DNA from: Cyanophora paradoxa CCMP329
Taxonomy: Eukaryota > Plantae > Glaucophyta
Assembly: GCA_004431415.1 (NCBI GenBank)
Contig: QPMI01000200.1
Span: 128,308 to 192,307, forward strand
Length of the DNA stretch: 64,000 nucleotides
Direction of reading: 5' to 3'
The notes beneath the pieces are model-generated. The model was given only the letters and a program-made list of their open reading frames with translations. It ran no database searches and was not told the DNA's origin. The position numbers and the translations under genes are program-made. Below are positions 22,556 through 35,800 of this stretch, piece by piece. Numbering within the stretch: the first letter of the stretch is position 1; every line of letters starts with the position of its first letter.

Positions 22556-25500
22556 ATGCGAGGACAACACGATTGAGGGGCTCCAGTACTCGAATCAGGC
22601 TCCAGTACTTCTGACGGGCTTCGGCGACAACATGAACGCGTACGCACGCGTCGCCTTCGTCACGTTCAAGATCGGCAACGTCTACATAGCCCGCAAGATC
22701 CTTGTAGTCGCCAAGGGCCTCATGGGCGACACGCCGATGCTTCTCGGTCTCTCAACGCTGACGGCTCTTCGGGCGAGCATCAGTCTGGACACGGCCAACT
22801 CGGGCATGACGATTCTGCCGCCAGGCGATCACACTGCGACGCCGTACTTCGTCCCTTTTACGCAACGGGCCAGCCCGACGGGGGCACGCTGGTCCGTCTT
22901 GCGCAAACGGTTACGTTGCCCCCTGGCGAGGCCCTGGTACGATGCCACGTCCCCACGTATGATAAGACGGCGAGTGCGCACGCGCCTCACATGGAGGTCT
23001 CACCGCCGCCGGTCTTCATCTCGGAAACCGGAGATGATCACACTGACGAAGTCGACTTTCTTACACCTTATCAACTCCATCTCAACCCTCACCGACGAAC
23101 TTGCCTCGTGGCGGTCCGGAACCCTCACCGCACAGACGTCCGCTTGAAAGCGGGCACCATTGTCGGCGAGGCGGCGTACGGTGACTGGCTGGAGAGCGAG
23201 TACGACCCGCATCCCGACGTCTCGCAGTACCCGCAGGGACGGTACAAGAACTGGAGTCCAGAAGCCCAGCAGACGTTTCCGATCAGGCGTGTCGTCCAGC
23301 AGATCTTCGAGACGGCTCGCCCCGTCACCTTGCTGCGAAGTTGCCAGCCGCGACGATTTGCCTCCGTGGCACGCGCCAAGTACCCGGAAGCCTTCAGCCA
23401 TGGCAACAACCCTCAGCCCCAACCACATCTCGATCGCTCACGCCCCGCCACCGAACGGGATCGGGAAGACGCAGCGTCGTTCGTCGAGTCGCTCCTCGCC
23501 TATGACGCGTTCATACGCGACCGCAACTTCATGACCGACGACTACACAGACGAGGAGGTCGAAAGACTGATCGATTTCTTCCTCCCGTACTTCACCGACC
23601 CCCAACGGTTCCGTGGGAGCTTCCGTGAGACTCTCCTACGAATCCGCATCGGACAAGCGTCGATGGCTGATGCAAACGCCATGGATCCCCCCTCCACGTT
23701 GATGGCGGGTCCTGCGGCAATGACAGAAGCTGAAATCGACGCTATGGTCGACGGGTTCTGCAAATCCTCTGAGGCCGACCCCGACATTACATCGGACCAA
23801 CGCTTGACGTTCCGGAACCTTGTGCGCGAACAAGCCCGATGCTTCGCAAAAGTCCTTGATCCTCGTGACCTCCTCAAGTACACGAACTCGATTCGTCTAC
23901 TGCCAGGTGTCAACCCCAAGCGGCTGCCCCTCTACACAGTCCCTCGGCGGCTCTCTCCCCCGGCGGAGAAGGCGGCCAAGGCGACCATCGAACAGCTGCT
24001 CAAGGACGGCCTCATCGAGCCCTCACAGGCTGGATATGGCAGTCCCGTGGTGCTGGCGCCCAAGAAGGACGGCACGATGCGCTTCTGTGTCGACTACCGA
24101 CGGCTCAACAACTTGATCGAAGGCGATGTCTTCCCTCTTCCCCGCATCGATGATCAACTTGAACGTTTGCAAGGCTCCTCCATCTTCAGCGTTGGCGACT
24201 GCCTGAGCGGATTCTGGCAACTCGGCCTCGAAGAAGCCTCTCGGGACTACACCACCTTTCTCCTGCCATGGGGAGCCTGGAAATGGGTGTGCACCCCCTT
24301 CGGTCTCAAGTCTGCTCCGTCAGCATTCTGCCGGGCGGTCAGTTCAGTACTCGGGGACCTTCTCTCCACGTGTGTTGTGGCCTACGTCGACGACTTGACT
24401 CTGCACTCGCCGACGGTGGCTCAGCACCTCATCGATCTCGAGGCCTTCTTCGCGGCGCTCGCTCGGGGCAACCTCAAATTGAAACCGAGCAAGTGTCACT
24501 TCATGGTCCGCGAGATCGACCTTCTCGGTCACCGTGTCAGCGCTCAAGGCGTCCGCATGGACACGAAGAAGGTGGAGGTGATCTCCAAGATTACTGAACG
24601 AGAACTGCAGACCGTCGAGCACATGCGCAGCTTCCTCGGCATGACGGGCTTCTACAGGCGCTTCATCCGCAACTACACGCGACGCGAGCTTCCGCTCCGT
24701 GACCTGATTCACGCAGCGAAGCTAGCGGACACGACGCAGCTTCAGTGGACGCCAGAAGCCAGCGAGGCACTCGCAGACCTCAAGAAGGTCATGTGCGACG
24801 ACATCGTGCTCATGCTCCCCGACTTTTCCAAGCCGTTCATCATCTACACGGATTGGAGCTTGCGAGCAATGGGCGCGGCGCTCATGCAGACCGACTCTGA
24901 CGGTCGAGAACGACCAATCGCCTTCATCAGTCGAACCCTGACGGCCACGGAGGCGAGGTACAGCTCCCCGACGGAAGGCGAATGCATCGCGGTCATGTGG
25001 GCCGTCAAGACGTGGCGACACTACTTCGACTGCGGGCACCCGTTTACCATCCGCACGGACCACTCGCCTCTGCAGTGGTTGAAGTCGCAAGAACTCCTGG
25101 CGAACAAGGCGCTTTCACGCGCGGCGCTCGTCATGCAAGGCTTCAACTACACGATCGAGTACAGGCCGGGCTCGACCAACGTCGTCGCCGACTTCGAGTC
25201 GCGCATGGCTCGTACGCATCCGATCTACGAGCCTGGAGCGGCGGACGGATCGGACCTCACTACCGACCTGCCCAACGGGGCTCACGGACACTCGGTACCC
25301 CGCAGCGGCGATCCCGACGACCCGACGGAGATCTACGGCACGCTCGTCCCCGTGACGACCGAGCCTACGACATCTATCGCGGCCGCTGGCCTCGACGGAC
25401 GTGCATGGGCACCACCAGCACCTGGAACAAAGCGACGCCAACCAGTGACATTGGCCGAGCCTTGTAGCTCGCCCAACTCGCCACCACAGCGCGCCCGCCG

Positions 25501-25878
25501 CGATCCAGAGGAGCAGGTGACAGAAGACGCCGAGGACGTGACTTCGGAAGTGGATCCCGCGGAGTTCTCCGACGCTGACGACGACGAACTCTCGTCTGAG
25601 GAACAGCGGAGCTCGCCCTCGCGCGCCGAGGCCGATCTCCCTGGACGGACGGGACTTCACTCTGAGGAACAGCGGAGCTCGCCCGCGCACGGCAACACCA
25701 CGCGCGACGGGACTCGCGACTCAGGAGATCGAGGGAGGGGGAGGGGTACACTGCGCGGGCGACCTCGTGGACGACCACGTGGACGACCTCGCCTGCACCA
25801 CCCCAGAAACCGCCCTTCGGCAACCGAGCCTCGCAAGCCGGTGCTGCCTGACGCGGATCCGATCGGGAACCTTCTCCC

Positions 25879-26427
25879 CACTGCGGTACGCGTTTGTATG
25901 GGCCCATAGTGTTTGAAGAAAGCTCCAACGGAGGTTTAACAATGGCTAAATGGTAAGTAAAAGTTACATACTCGCAGTTTTTTTCGATAAGGTTCTGGAC
26001 TTGACTTTGCGCCGTACCCCCCCGTTTTGCCTTAGGTTCTGGAAAAAGCGCCGATCTTGCTCGCTCAAAATTGGACCGATTGGGAGCAAATTGGAGCAGA
26101 TCGTAGACTAGCCGCTAGATAGATCGTAGCCGCCGCGGCGGGCGAAAGTCTACCGCAGTTAAAAAGATCCTACCAGCCGAATGTTTTACTGGCCGTTTGA
26201 GCAAAAAACTTTTTGAAAGTCGCCCGGTACCCCGGCGTTTTTTGGAACGTGACTCAAGGGCCGACAGAATCCGCAAGCTTAATTCAATGGCTAGTAAAAG
26301 CTCTACATGCTTGCATTCGAGCGTCATAGCAGCATGCAATCCATGGCTATGGCGATCGTAGAGCTAGCGGTCGCGATCGTGGAGTTGCTTCCAGGACTAT
26401 GGGCCCATACAACGCCGTACCGCAGTG
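25879..26427. mobile_element. 549-bp non-autonomous EnSpm/CACTA (CACTG) element
   Basis: Termini CACTGCGGTACG...CGTACCGCAGTG, ~32-bp imperfect TIR including TGTATGGGCCCATAGT, 3-bp TSD CCC. Removal restores ...GNLLP|PPQLPGG... Confidence 0.92.
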
Positions 26428-28856
26428 CCCACCTCCACAACTCCCCGGCGGCATTCAGCATGAGATCGAGAACTACTGGCGGCAGGAGGCACAACGCCAT
26501 CTTGACGGACGCCAACACGAACTCGCCTTGCCGGAGCCCGACGGCGAGGCTGACCCGCCGCTCTCGCCGAACAGCTCGGCTGGGGAACCGATGGACGTGA
26601 CGGACGGAGAACCCGCTCAGGCGACTCCTCCCACGCCCTCAGCAACACCTGCCTATATATGCGGGGCAGCAGGGCAGCAAGCAGCCTCGACGCAGGGCGG
26701 AGGATCGCCATCGAGCCGCGAAGCAGGCCCAACACCGTTTGCTCAAGCAACAAGCGCAACAACGACACGAGGAGAATGTGCGCAACAACGCAGATCCTGA
26801 CGGAGCCGAGGCGCGTCCTCGCCTCTCGAAGGAACAGCGTAAGCAGCGCCGTGACACTCGTCGTCAAGAACTCGAGGCACAAGCGCCACGCCCCCCGAAC
26901 CTTATCCTCACGCGAGGTGCAAGGTCTCGCAAGGGTCGGTACGCCATCGCGCCTCCCAACGTGATGGACGTACTCGACGAGGCTCTCCTCCCGACACCGA
27001 CCCCACCCGAGACGTTGGGCAACGAACGCGAACTTCCACCTGCGGAGCCGTTTACGACAGACGGCGTCGCTCCGTTGGATGACCGTACTGGCGGGCGCAA
27101 CGCTCCGAAGCCGGTCTACTTACCGCCAGAGACCACTGTTGCCGATTGCTGGATGCAGGGGCCTCAGCCGCTGGTTGAAGTCCCTGTACCACCTGCTCTC
27201 CAGCCTCTGACGGTTGACGGAGCCTCCATGGTGGAAGATCAGAAGACAGATCCACTCTGTCAGATGATCATCGCGTTCAAGCTGCGGAAGGAGAACCTTG
27301 CTCGTTGCTACGGCCACACCCACAGCGCTGACGCCCTGAGCCGTGACCCCGACGTCTACAAGACCTGCTTCGCCTGCGGACAGGCGCGGGAACGCTTTGC
27401 GAAGGAGGTGGGACGCTACTGCCTCTCTCGCTCCGGCGTGGTCCTCCGCGCTCCCCTCTTCCCAACGATGGGCTCGCCGGTGGTAGTGCCCCAGCGCTGG
27501 AGAGCTGCAGTGATGGAAGCGTATCACGATGACTGGGCTCACCGAGGCGCGTCCATCGTCGCCCGGCGCATCGCGGCTCGCTTCTGGTGGCCCGGCATGA
27601 CGAACATGGTGCACCGCTACGTTCGTACCTGTCATCACTGCCAGTTGGCGAAGGCCAAGCACCGGCCTCGAGTGCAACACATGATCATCGAATCGCGGCA
27701 CCCCGGTGACCTGCGCCAAGCTGATCTCTGCCCGATGCCCCACGCCAAAGATGCCCCTCACCGCTTCACGCAAGTGCTGATTGACATCGACGCGTACACC
27801 AAGTATCCGGAGATCATCATGCTCACGGAAGCTGACGGTACGGCCATGGAGTGGGCTGCGCAGAGCATTCAGTCCTCGAACGGCACGCCCAAACGTTACC
27901 TCACTGACAACGGCACGGTGTTCAAGCCGAACACGCCCTGGGGCAAGTTCTGGACCAAGCAGGGCGTGCGGCTCATCTACACTGGTGTCTCTCATCAGTC
28001 GACCAACGGCGGTGCCGAACGACTTGTCGGGGTGTACAAGCGGCTTATCTTCGCGCTCTGCGCCGAAGACAAGCGTGACAACGTTTACTGGCCGTACTAC
28101 CACTACCGTGTGCTCTTCGCGTTGCGCACTACGATCCACGCGGCAACCGGCTTCTCTCCGGCTACGCTTCACCATGGACGCGAGCTGGTGCTGCCTGGGG
28201 ACCTCCGCTTGGATCTTGTTCAGCGTGAACCCTTCGGCGAGCCTTACACGTACGCGGAGTACGCGCTGGCTGTCGCGCGGGCGGCTTCAAGTGTCGCCGA
28301 GGCGGTCAAGGCCCATCGGAAGATGTACAATCACAAGCTCCTTCGCTACGGCACCGGCAACGAACCTCGTCAGATTTTCGTGCCGGGTGACAAGGTGCTT
28401 TGCTGGAGCGAGAGCGCGAAGGCGACCAACGTCATGAAGCACGGTACTCGTAACGGCTGGACCGGTCCGTACGTGGTCGTGGAGGTCTTCTCTCGCGGCT
28501 ACCTCTACACCGTATGCGGCGACCCGTCGTCTCGAATGCATCGTTCGACGTACGTTGTGGTGCACGTCGACAACATCATTCCGTACTACGACCGCCCCGA
28601 TAACTTTGCCGAGGATCCGAAGCCTGGCCGGCCTCGACGGCGCGCCCCTGAACCTGTTCCCCCGCCTCCGGTGCATCTGGACGCGGATGGTGATCAGCCA
28701 ATGGAGGATCCGCCGATCCTGCACGACGACGAGCCTCACTCGGAGGACCGCCCGGCCGAGGAGGACAGTGCACGTGACGACGACTCCGTGGAGTCCGAGC
28801 AAGAAGAGAGCGTACAGCTCCATGTTGTAGGCTGGCCGAAGCACGACTTCGCCTAG

Positions 28857-29693
28857 CTATGATGCTGGTGCTGGTGGCGTTCGCCTCTGTGACGGACGCG
28901 GAGCTTGGGTCTCTGAGCCTCGCTTGAGTAACCTTGGTGACGATGACAGTGAGGGCTGCTGCACCAGCGGCAGGCTCTGTTCCATGGTCGGCCGCTGCTC
29001 ATGGCAGTGGAGGGCGCTGCATCCGGCAGTGAGCCCTGTTGGTTGGCCGCTGCTCATGGCAGTGGAGGGCGCTGCATCCGGCAGTGAGCCCTGTTGGTTG
29101 GCTGGCCGTCGCTCCTGCGACGGAGGGTCCTCATGGGACCTACCCCCAGTTTTCCCGTTGCTCAGCCGGAGCAGCGGGCTGGGAACCTTTTCTTGTAGCT
29201 GTTCCATTCAGTGCGTCCGATCCGCGTTGATCGCACGCCTCCTGAATTGCTCCGCCTTCCTTGGGCGCTGATCGGGTTGCGCAGTTCAGGCCGCGGGCTG
29301 ATCACCCGTCCGGCCCTGGACCCTGCCACTTCCTGCTATCACCCTCTACGCCCCCCTGGCCGGCCCCTTCCGGCTGCTTCCTGGCCTCCCTCGGGCGGCA
29401 CGGGGACGTGCCGACGAGGAACACGCGGAGCTATTGCCTCACGGCTTTATGCCGTCAGGAGCCGGCGCCCCGAGTCTCGCTACTCGCAGTGCTTGGCCTT
29501 AGTCTCCGCAGCGCTCACATTGAGTGCGCCGATTGGACCCCCACTACTTTTCATGTACCCCTCCCGGGCTGACACCCCGTGCGACACACTTGTACCCTGT
29601 ACTTGTGCTTGCTCCTGGAATACCAGCTCTGCTCGCTCTCACCGCCAGCTTGCTAGAACTGCACAGCACGCATGGCTAAGCCTAGCAGCACCA
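28857..29693 (+). repeat. Candidate 3' LTR or 3' non-coding region of the Gypsy element
   Basis: Follows the integrase stop. TGGTGCTG (~28867) is inverted to CAGCACCA (~29686-29693). A ~56-bp internal tandem duplication at ~28990-29102. No clear PPT and no second LTR to compare. Confidence 0.35.
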
Positions 29694-29855
29694 TAAACTA
29701 GGCTCTTCTGACTAGATCATCGAATCGATAAAATATAAATAATCGATCCATCGCATTCAATGATTCATGCGCGCTAAAAAAAGGGGCCCCGGGCCCGCGG
29801 ACGGGCGCGGACGTGGCGCGCTCGTGCGTTAGGGAAGGGCGGGGGGCGGGGGTCC

Positions 29856-32800
29856 TCAGTGCTCGAAGGAGACGATGAGGAGGTCGTCGGGGCCGAGCGC
29901 CGCCCCCTCCATCCACCCCGCCCCCCGCGCGCCCCGCAGCCGGCTCCGCCCCGCACTTGCCGCCTGCCGCAGCGCGAGCGACGGCGACGGCTGCGGGGCG
30001 GTGCTGTATGGGTCCTGCCCCGCTGGGCGCCTCCCCGGCGTCGAGGCCGTCGAGCCGGCCGTCCAAGGCCTTACCGCCCCGGGGGCCGGCGCGGGGCCTG
30101 GCGAGGGGGCGGGCGAGGGCCGGCTCGCGAGGGCCGCGAGGGCGGCCTCGCGTGCCGCCGGGCTCGGGAGGCCGCAGGGAGGGACCTCCCGGGGGAGGCG
30201 CGTCGGGGCGCGGGGCGGGGGCGGGGGAGGCGTGGCGCGCCGGGGAGAGGGCGGGGCGGGGGCGGCGGCGGCGGCGGAGCGCTCGCGGGCGACGGCGTCG
30301 ATGCGCTCGAGGGCCGCCTCCAGCCGCGCCGCCCCCAGCGGCGCGCCCCGCGCGCCCCCGCGCCCCTCCCGCCGCAGCTCCTGCGCCGGCCTCGGCGGGG
30401 GCGGGGGGCGGGGGGCCGGGGGGCGGGGCGGGCACGGCGACGAGGGCGCGGAGGGAGGCGAGCTCGGCGGCGGACTGGGCGAGCTCGTGCCCGAAGACGA
30501 CCTGCTGGGCGCGCACCTGCCGCCCCGCCTCCTCCAGCCGCCCCCGCAGCTCCCGCGCCTCCGCCTCCGCCCGCGCCCGCCCCGCCTCCAGCGCCGCCAC
30601 CCGCCCCTCCGCTGCCGCCGCCGCCTCCCCGTCCTCGCGGGCGTGCGAGGGCGTGCTCCTCGGGGCAGGCCCCCGGGCCGCGTCCCGCGGCGCCGGCGAG
30701 AGGGCGCGGACGCTCGTCGGCGTGGAGGCCCCGCTCGGGGCGCCGTGCAGGGCGCCGCCCGGGCCCCGAGCCGGCCCTTGAGGCGGGCGAGCTGCGCCGA
30801 GGCGTCAGGGGCGGCAGCGGCGGGGCGCGTGGGGCGGGCCTCCTCCTGCGCGACCTCCGCGCGGGCGGACTCCTCGCGGGCCCGCGCCTCGGCGCGCCGC
30901 ACGCGCTCCCGCAGGCCCCCCGCCTCCTCCCGCAGCGCCTGTCCCCGTCAGCCCCGCGCCGGCGCCCGCCCCGCAGCGCCGCGCCGACCTTGATCTGGGC
31001 GCCCTTCCCTGCGACCTCCTCCCGCAGGCGCTCCGCGTCCGAGAGGCCGGCCGCACCGCCCCGAGGCCGGCGTGGGCGCCCTGCCGGGCCCTCCCGCCCC
31101 GCCTCCTCCGCCCCGGCCGCGGCCCCCTTCGCGGCGGCCTTGCGCTTCAGCTCCTGCGCGCGGCTCGGCGCTGTGCGGCGCGCCGCGGCGCGGCGGCAGC
31201 GGCGGGCCCGGGCGCACGCTGACGAGGCCCGAGAGGCGGGCGACCTGCGGCGGGGTCAGCCGCCCCGCCGCTGCGGCGCCGGGGCCCCGGGGCGCGGCAC
31301 CTCGCGCGCCAGCGCCTCCCGCCCCTGCCGCGCCTCCCGCAACGCTTCCTGTGCCTCCTCCGCCCCGCCCCGCGCCCGCCCGCCTCCAGCCCCTGCCACG
31401 CCGTCAGCGCGTTCGGCGCTCGGGCGGGCGGCGGCGGCGAGCCTGCTGGGCTGGCGCCGGCGTCCTGGCCTCCTCGGGCTCCGCCGCCGGGTCTCCTGCG
31501 GGGCGCGTCGAGGGGTGGGGCAGATGGGGCGGGGCAGGCACCGGGGGCGGGGCGGGGCGGGCGTCGGCGAGGGCCCTGACAGCGCGGGGTGCGGCGGGGC
31601 GCCGGCGGCGAGGAGGGCCCCGAGGGCGCTCTCGAGGCGCTTCACGAGCTGCTCCTTCTCCTCCAGCGCCGCCTCCAGCGCCCCCGCTCCCCGCCCCCCC
31701 GCCCCGCCCCTCCTCCCCGCCCCCGCCCCCGCCTCCTCGTCGCCGCCGGCGGCCTCGGCGGCGGCCTCGAGGAGGCGGTCCCCGGCCGCGGCCGCCTCCG
31801 CCGGCGTCCCGCGCCCCGCCAGCAGCGCCTCTGCGCGCCGTCAGGCCGGCAGCGGGGCGGCGCGGGCCGGCGGGCGGCACCGAGGGCCCCGTGGAAGCGC
31901 GCGGCGGCCTCGCGGAGGGGCTCCGGGACCCTCCGCGGCCCCTCGAGCGAGTGCCGCAGGGCCCGCTCCGAGATGCGAAGCTCGTCCTGCCAGCCGAGGT
32001 GAGGCCGGGTGGCGCGCGGCGGGCGAGGCGGGCGCGGCGGGCCTGGAGCTGCTCGACGGTCGCCTCGAGCATGGCGCGCTCCTGCAGCGCCTGCACCGCC
32101 GCCCCCGCCGCCCGCCCCAGCCGCTCCATCGCACCCTCCGCCTCCAACGCCCCGCGCCCCTCTGCCCCCTCGCCTCGGCGGCGCGACGGCTGCGGGACGC
32201 GGGCGGCACCTGGGGGGCGGGGCGTGCGGGGAGGGCGGCGAGGAGGGAGTGGGCGGCCTCGGCGGCGGCGGCCTCGAGGGCGGCGAGGAGGGCCTGCGCG
32301 TTGTCGCGCTCCTCGCGCAGCAGCATCGCCTCGTCCCCGAGCGCCTCGAGCCCCGCCCCGCCGCCGCCGCCTTGGCGCCCCCTCGCGCCTCCTCCGCGCC
32401 CGCCTCCAGCTCCCTCACGCGCCCCGCCAGCTTCTCGTTCTGCCGCCCCGTCAGCCTCGCGCCCCGGCGGTAAGGCGGGGCCGGGCGGGGCGGGGCGCCT
32501 CGGCGGCGGCGGCGGCGAGGGCGTCGAGGAGGCGCTCGAGCTCGGCGGCGTGGTGGGCGCGGAGGGCGTCGAGGGCGGCGGCCTCCTGCTCGGCGGCCGC
32601 GAGGTCGCCCGCAGCTGCGCCACGTCCCCCGCCAGCGCCCCCGCCGACCGCAGCTGCCGCTCCCCTGCCTCCCGCGCCTCCTCCAGCTCCACCGCCAGCT
32701 TATGAATCTGCGCCTCGTACCCCTCCGCCATCTCACGCAGCGCCGCCCGGTGCCCGTCGGCGTCGGCCTGCAGTTGCTCCACCCGCTCCGCCATCTCCCG

Positions 32801-35800
32801 CAGCGCCTCCGCCTGCCCCGCCTCCGCCGCCTCCGCCGCCGCCCCGCGCGCGCCCTCCTCGTCGGTGGAGGCGACCTCGTCCTGCGCCAGCGCCTCCAGC
32901 CCGTCGAGCCGCGCCTCCAGCGCGGTCACCTGCAGCCGACTCGCATCGCCGGCCCCCGCACGCCGGCCCCGCCCTGCGCACCCCCTGCGCCGTCTCCCGC
33001 AGCTCCGCGCCGATGCGCGCCCCCGTCTCCTGTGACGCCGCCTGCGGGGAGCTTCGACAGCGCAGCAGATGGCGCTGCGACCCGGGGCGGCGCACGGTCT
33101 GCGACTGCAGGATCCGCATTGCGCCCTGCACCGCCGCTACGCCGGCCTGCAGCTCGGCCGCCCGCGCCGCCGCCGCCTCCTCGGCCGACCGCGCCGTCGC
33201 GAGCTCCGCCCGCAGCTCCGCGGCGCGCCCAGTGGCCTCGTCGAGCTGCGAGGCCGTGAGGGGCTCGGAGCGGCGTAGGGGTGCCGGCGCGCCTGGCGGA
33301 CGAGCTCGGCGTTGCGCGCGGCGAGGGCCTCCAGCTGGTCCCGGAGGCCGGCCGCCCCCGCCACGCTGCTGCGCTCCAGCTCGTCCAGGCGGGCCTGCAG
33401 CTGGGCGAGGGAGCGCTCGGCTGCCAGCTTCTCGGCGGCGAGCGCCAGTGCTGCATCCGCCTCCCCAGCCCTCTCCGCCGCCAGCCGCGCACTCTCCTCC
33501 TGTCGCGCATCGAGGGTCAGCCTCCTGATCGGGGGCCTCGAAGCTAGGGCTTCTAGGGCTGGCCGTGGCCGATTCGATTTCGAGACAAAGAATTTGAAAA
33601 GGGTGCCGCGATCGACCGTAGTCTGAATTGAGTTCCGGCCCTCGGGCCGGCCGCCCAATTGGACCCTCATTTCAGCTGCCCCCCGGCGGCGTTTCAACCA
33701 CAGCTCGCCCCCTTCGGCCTTGCGGCCTCGTGGGTTTTGCGGCGGTGTGGGGCCATTTCCGGTACCGGGGCCAGGATTGCGCCTCGGGAAAAAAATTTTG
33801 CTCGGATAGGTCCGGCCAGGCAGGGAGGGGGTTGCCCCCCTCCCCACGCGCCGCTGTTTCCAGCGGCTCGGCCGGACCCTAGGATTGCGCCTCGGGCCCT
33901 CCTAGGGCAGCTCGGCAGCTCAGACCTTCCCATGCCATTCGGGAGCGCTGTATCCCCGTATGTTGGGCGTTCCCCATCTAGGGGGGTGGGCGGCGTCGAT
34001 TGCGGCTCCCCGTCGAAAATAATCGCACAATTTCCACCTGGAAAAAAAGAGGCCCGAGTCGCCTGGTGGGACCCCGTTCCGTTGCAAACTAGCCCACCCC
34101 CCATTCTCTTGCGTCTTCTCCCCCCGCTGCAACGAACTCGGTAGCGCACCTTGGCCGTGCGGAGCTCGTCTCGCAGGCTCGCCAGGGCGGCATCGCGATC
34201 GGAAATACTGCAAGGGACGTTGAAGGCTTGGGGCGAGGCGCACGTGAGATTTGATCCGGGGGGGGCGGACCTGCCCACGGCGTCGCGCAGGTCCTCCCTC
34301 TGATCCTGCAGCTTACCCCTCATCTCCTCCAGCTCGAGCCGGAGCGCCTCTACTGTTTCTCGCGCCGCCGCGGCCTCCTCCACGGCCTCTTCCAGCCTGC
34401 CGGCCACCTTTTCAGCAGTCCGGCAGCAGCAGACGCCCCCGGGGGCCTGCACCTCGCGGCTTCGTCTGCTGCCCCGGCAGCGCGGTCGCGCGAGACAGCG
34501 GCGGCGCGTTCGGCCTGCTCCTCCGCCTCCCGGGCCCGCGCCTCGGATCGAGCGGCGGCCTCGTGCGCCGCGGTGGCCGCGCGCTCCGCGCCTGCGAGCT
34601 GCTCCCGGAGGTGCGCCGCGAGCTCGCCGCCGGCCGTCGCCTCGCGCCGCGCGGCCGCTGCGGCCTCGGCAGCTGCCGAGAGGTCCGCCTGCAGCGCCCC
34701 AGGCGCTCCTCGCGGCCGCGCGCGCTGCCTCCGCCCCCGTGCGAGCACCTCGGCCTCCTCCGCCCGCCCCTCCACGCCCCCGCCTCCTCCTCGGCGCCGG
34801 CAGCGCGAACCGCCGCAGCCAGGGCCTCCTCCTTCGCGGCCGCCGCCTCGGCGCTCGCGGCGGCTGCCCGCTCTCTCCAGTCGGCCGCTTCGCGCTCCGC
34901 GTCCGCCGCGCGCTGCTCGGCCCGTGCCGCCTCCTGCCCCGCCTCCTCACTTGCCGACTCCCGTGCTGCCATCGCTCCCGCCTCCGCCGCCGCCGCCCGC
35001 TGCTCGGCTGCCGCCGCCCGCTGCTCGGCCGCCTCCGCCCGCTGTTCCGCTGCCTCGACGGCCTCCTCGCTTTGCAGCGCGCGCACCTCCGCCGCCTCCG
35101 TCCTGTGCAAGCTCAATACATGGCTCGGAGGGCGCGGAGGGCGGGGAGATGGCACCTGGCGGCTGCCGCATCGACCTCCTGGCGAGCGTCCCGCAGCTCG
35201 GCATCCGATACGTCGACCCTGCGCGGCCCTCGGCGCGTGCCGCGGAGGCGAGCGGCGCGGCGCGGACCGGGCGGCGGCCTCGCGGGCAGCTGACTCGGCG
35301 TCGGCGGCGCTGCGGGGGGTCGGCGGTGCGGGGGTGGGCGGGGGCGGGGCGCGGGGGTGGGGGCGGACCGGGCGACGGCGGCCTCGAGGGCCCTCGCCCG
35401 CTCCGCGCCCTCCTCGCTGGCCCGCGCCCGCGCCGCCCGCAGCTCCTCCACTGCTCCGCCGCCTCCCGCTCGGCCGCCTCCCGCGCCGCATCGGCGGCCT
35501 CCAGGCGAGCGGCCAGGGAGGCGAGCGCCTCGTCGCGCTCCCGCAGAGAGGCCTGCGGCGGGTGAGGCCGGGCGGGGCGCCGGCGGGGGGCGGCGGGGCG
35601 GGCCAGCGCGGCCTCGTGGCGGCCCTCCATCGCCTCGAGCGCCGCCGGCAGCTCAGCGAGCTCCGCCTGCGGGGCGCTCGGGGCGGGGGCGGGGCGCGGG
35701 GCGGGGCGGGGCGGCGGGCCTCGGTGCGGCGCGCGGCGGCGTGGAGCTCCTCGGACTGCGCCCTCAGCTCCCTCACCTCGACAGCGCTCCGCTCCGCCCG

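Larger units (their letters stand above)
21923..28856 (+). pseudogene. pol: Gypsy pol (aspartic protease, RT, RNase H, integrase), disrupted
   Basis: Canonical motifs. Interrupted by the MITE at ~22251-22561 and the CACTG element at 25879-26427, plus frameshifts near 22880 and ~26700. Confidence 0.93.
3281..29693 (+). mobile_element. Giant Ty3/Gypsy retrotransposon, interrupted by nested DNA transposons; 5' part outside the window
   Basis: Domain order PR (LVDTGA ~22199), RT (LPRIDD ~24136, YVDD 24383), RNaseH (YTDWS..EGEC..TDH), integrase (H-x4-H..CHHC, QADL/LTDNG/GAERL, WTGPY) is Gypsy-type. The 3' boundary is uncertain. Confidence 0.9.

Noticed and set aside
22252-22562. GTAAG...AG intron removing the protease MITE
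   Set aside because: The donor is phase 2 and the nearby downstream AGs I checked are phase 0, so splicing would frameshift.
28800-28856. Chromodomain at the integrase C-terminus
   Set aside because: Only a vague VQLHVVGWPK resemblance immediately before the stop; too short to support.
29859-32705. 948-aa plus-strand ORF and similar long ORFs (34251..36038, 42273..44009, 48977..50920)
   Set aside because: Antisense or shadow frames over spliced genes in extremely GC-rich DNA, where stop codons are rare.
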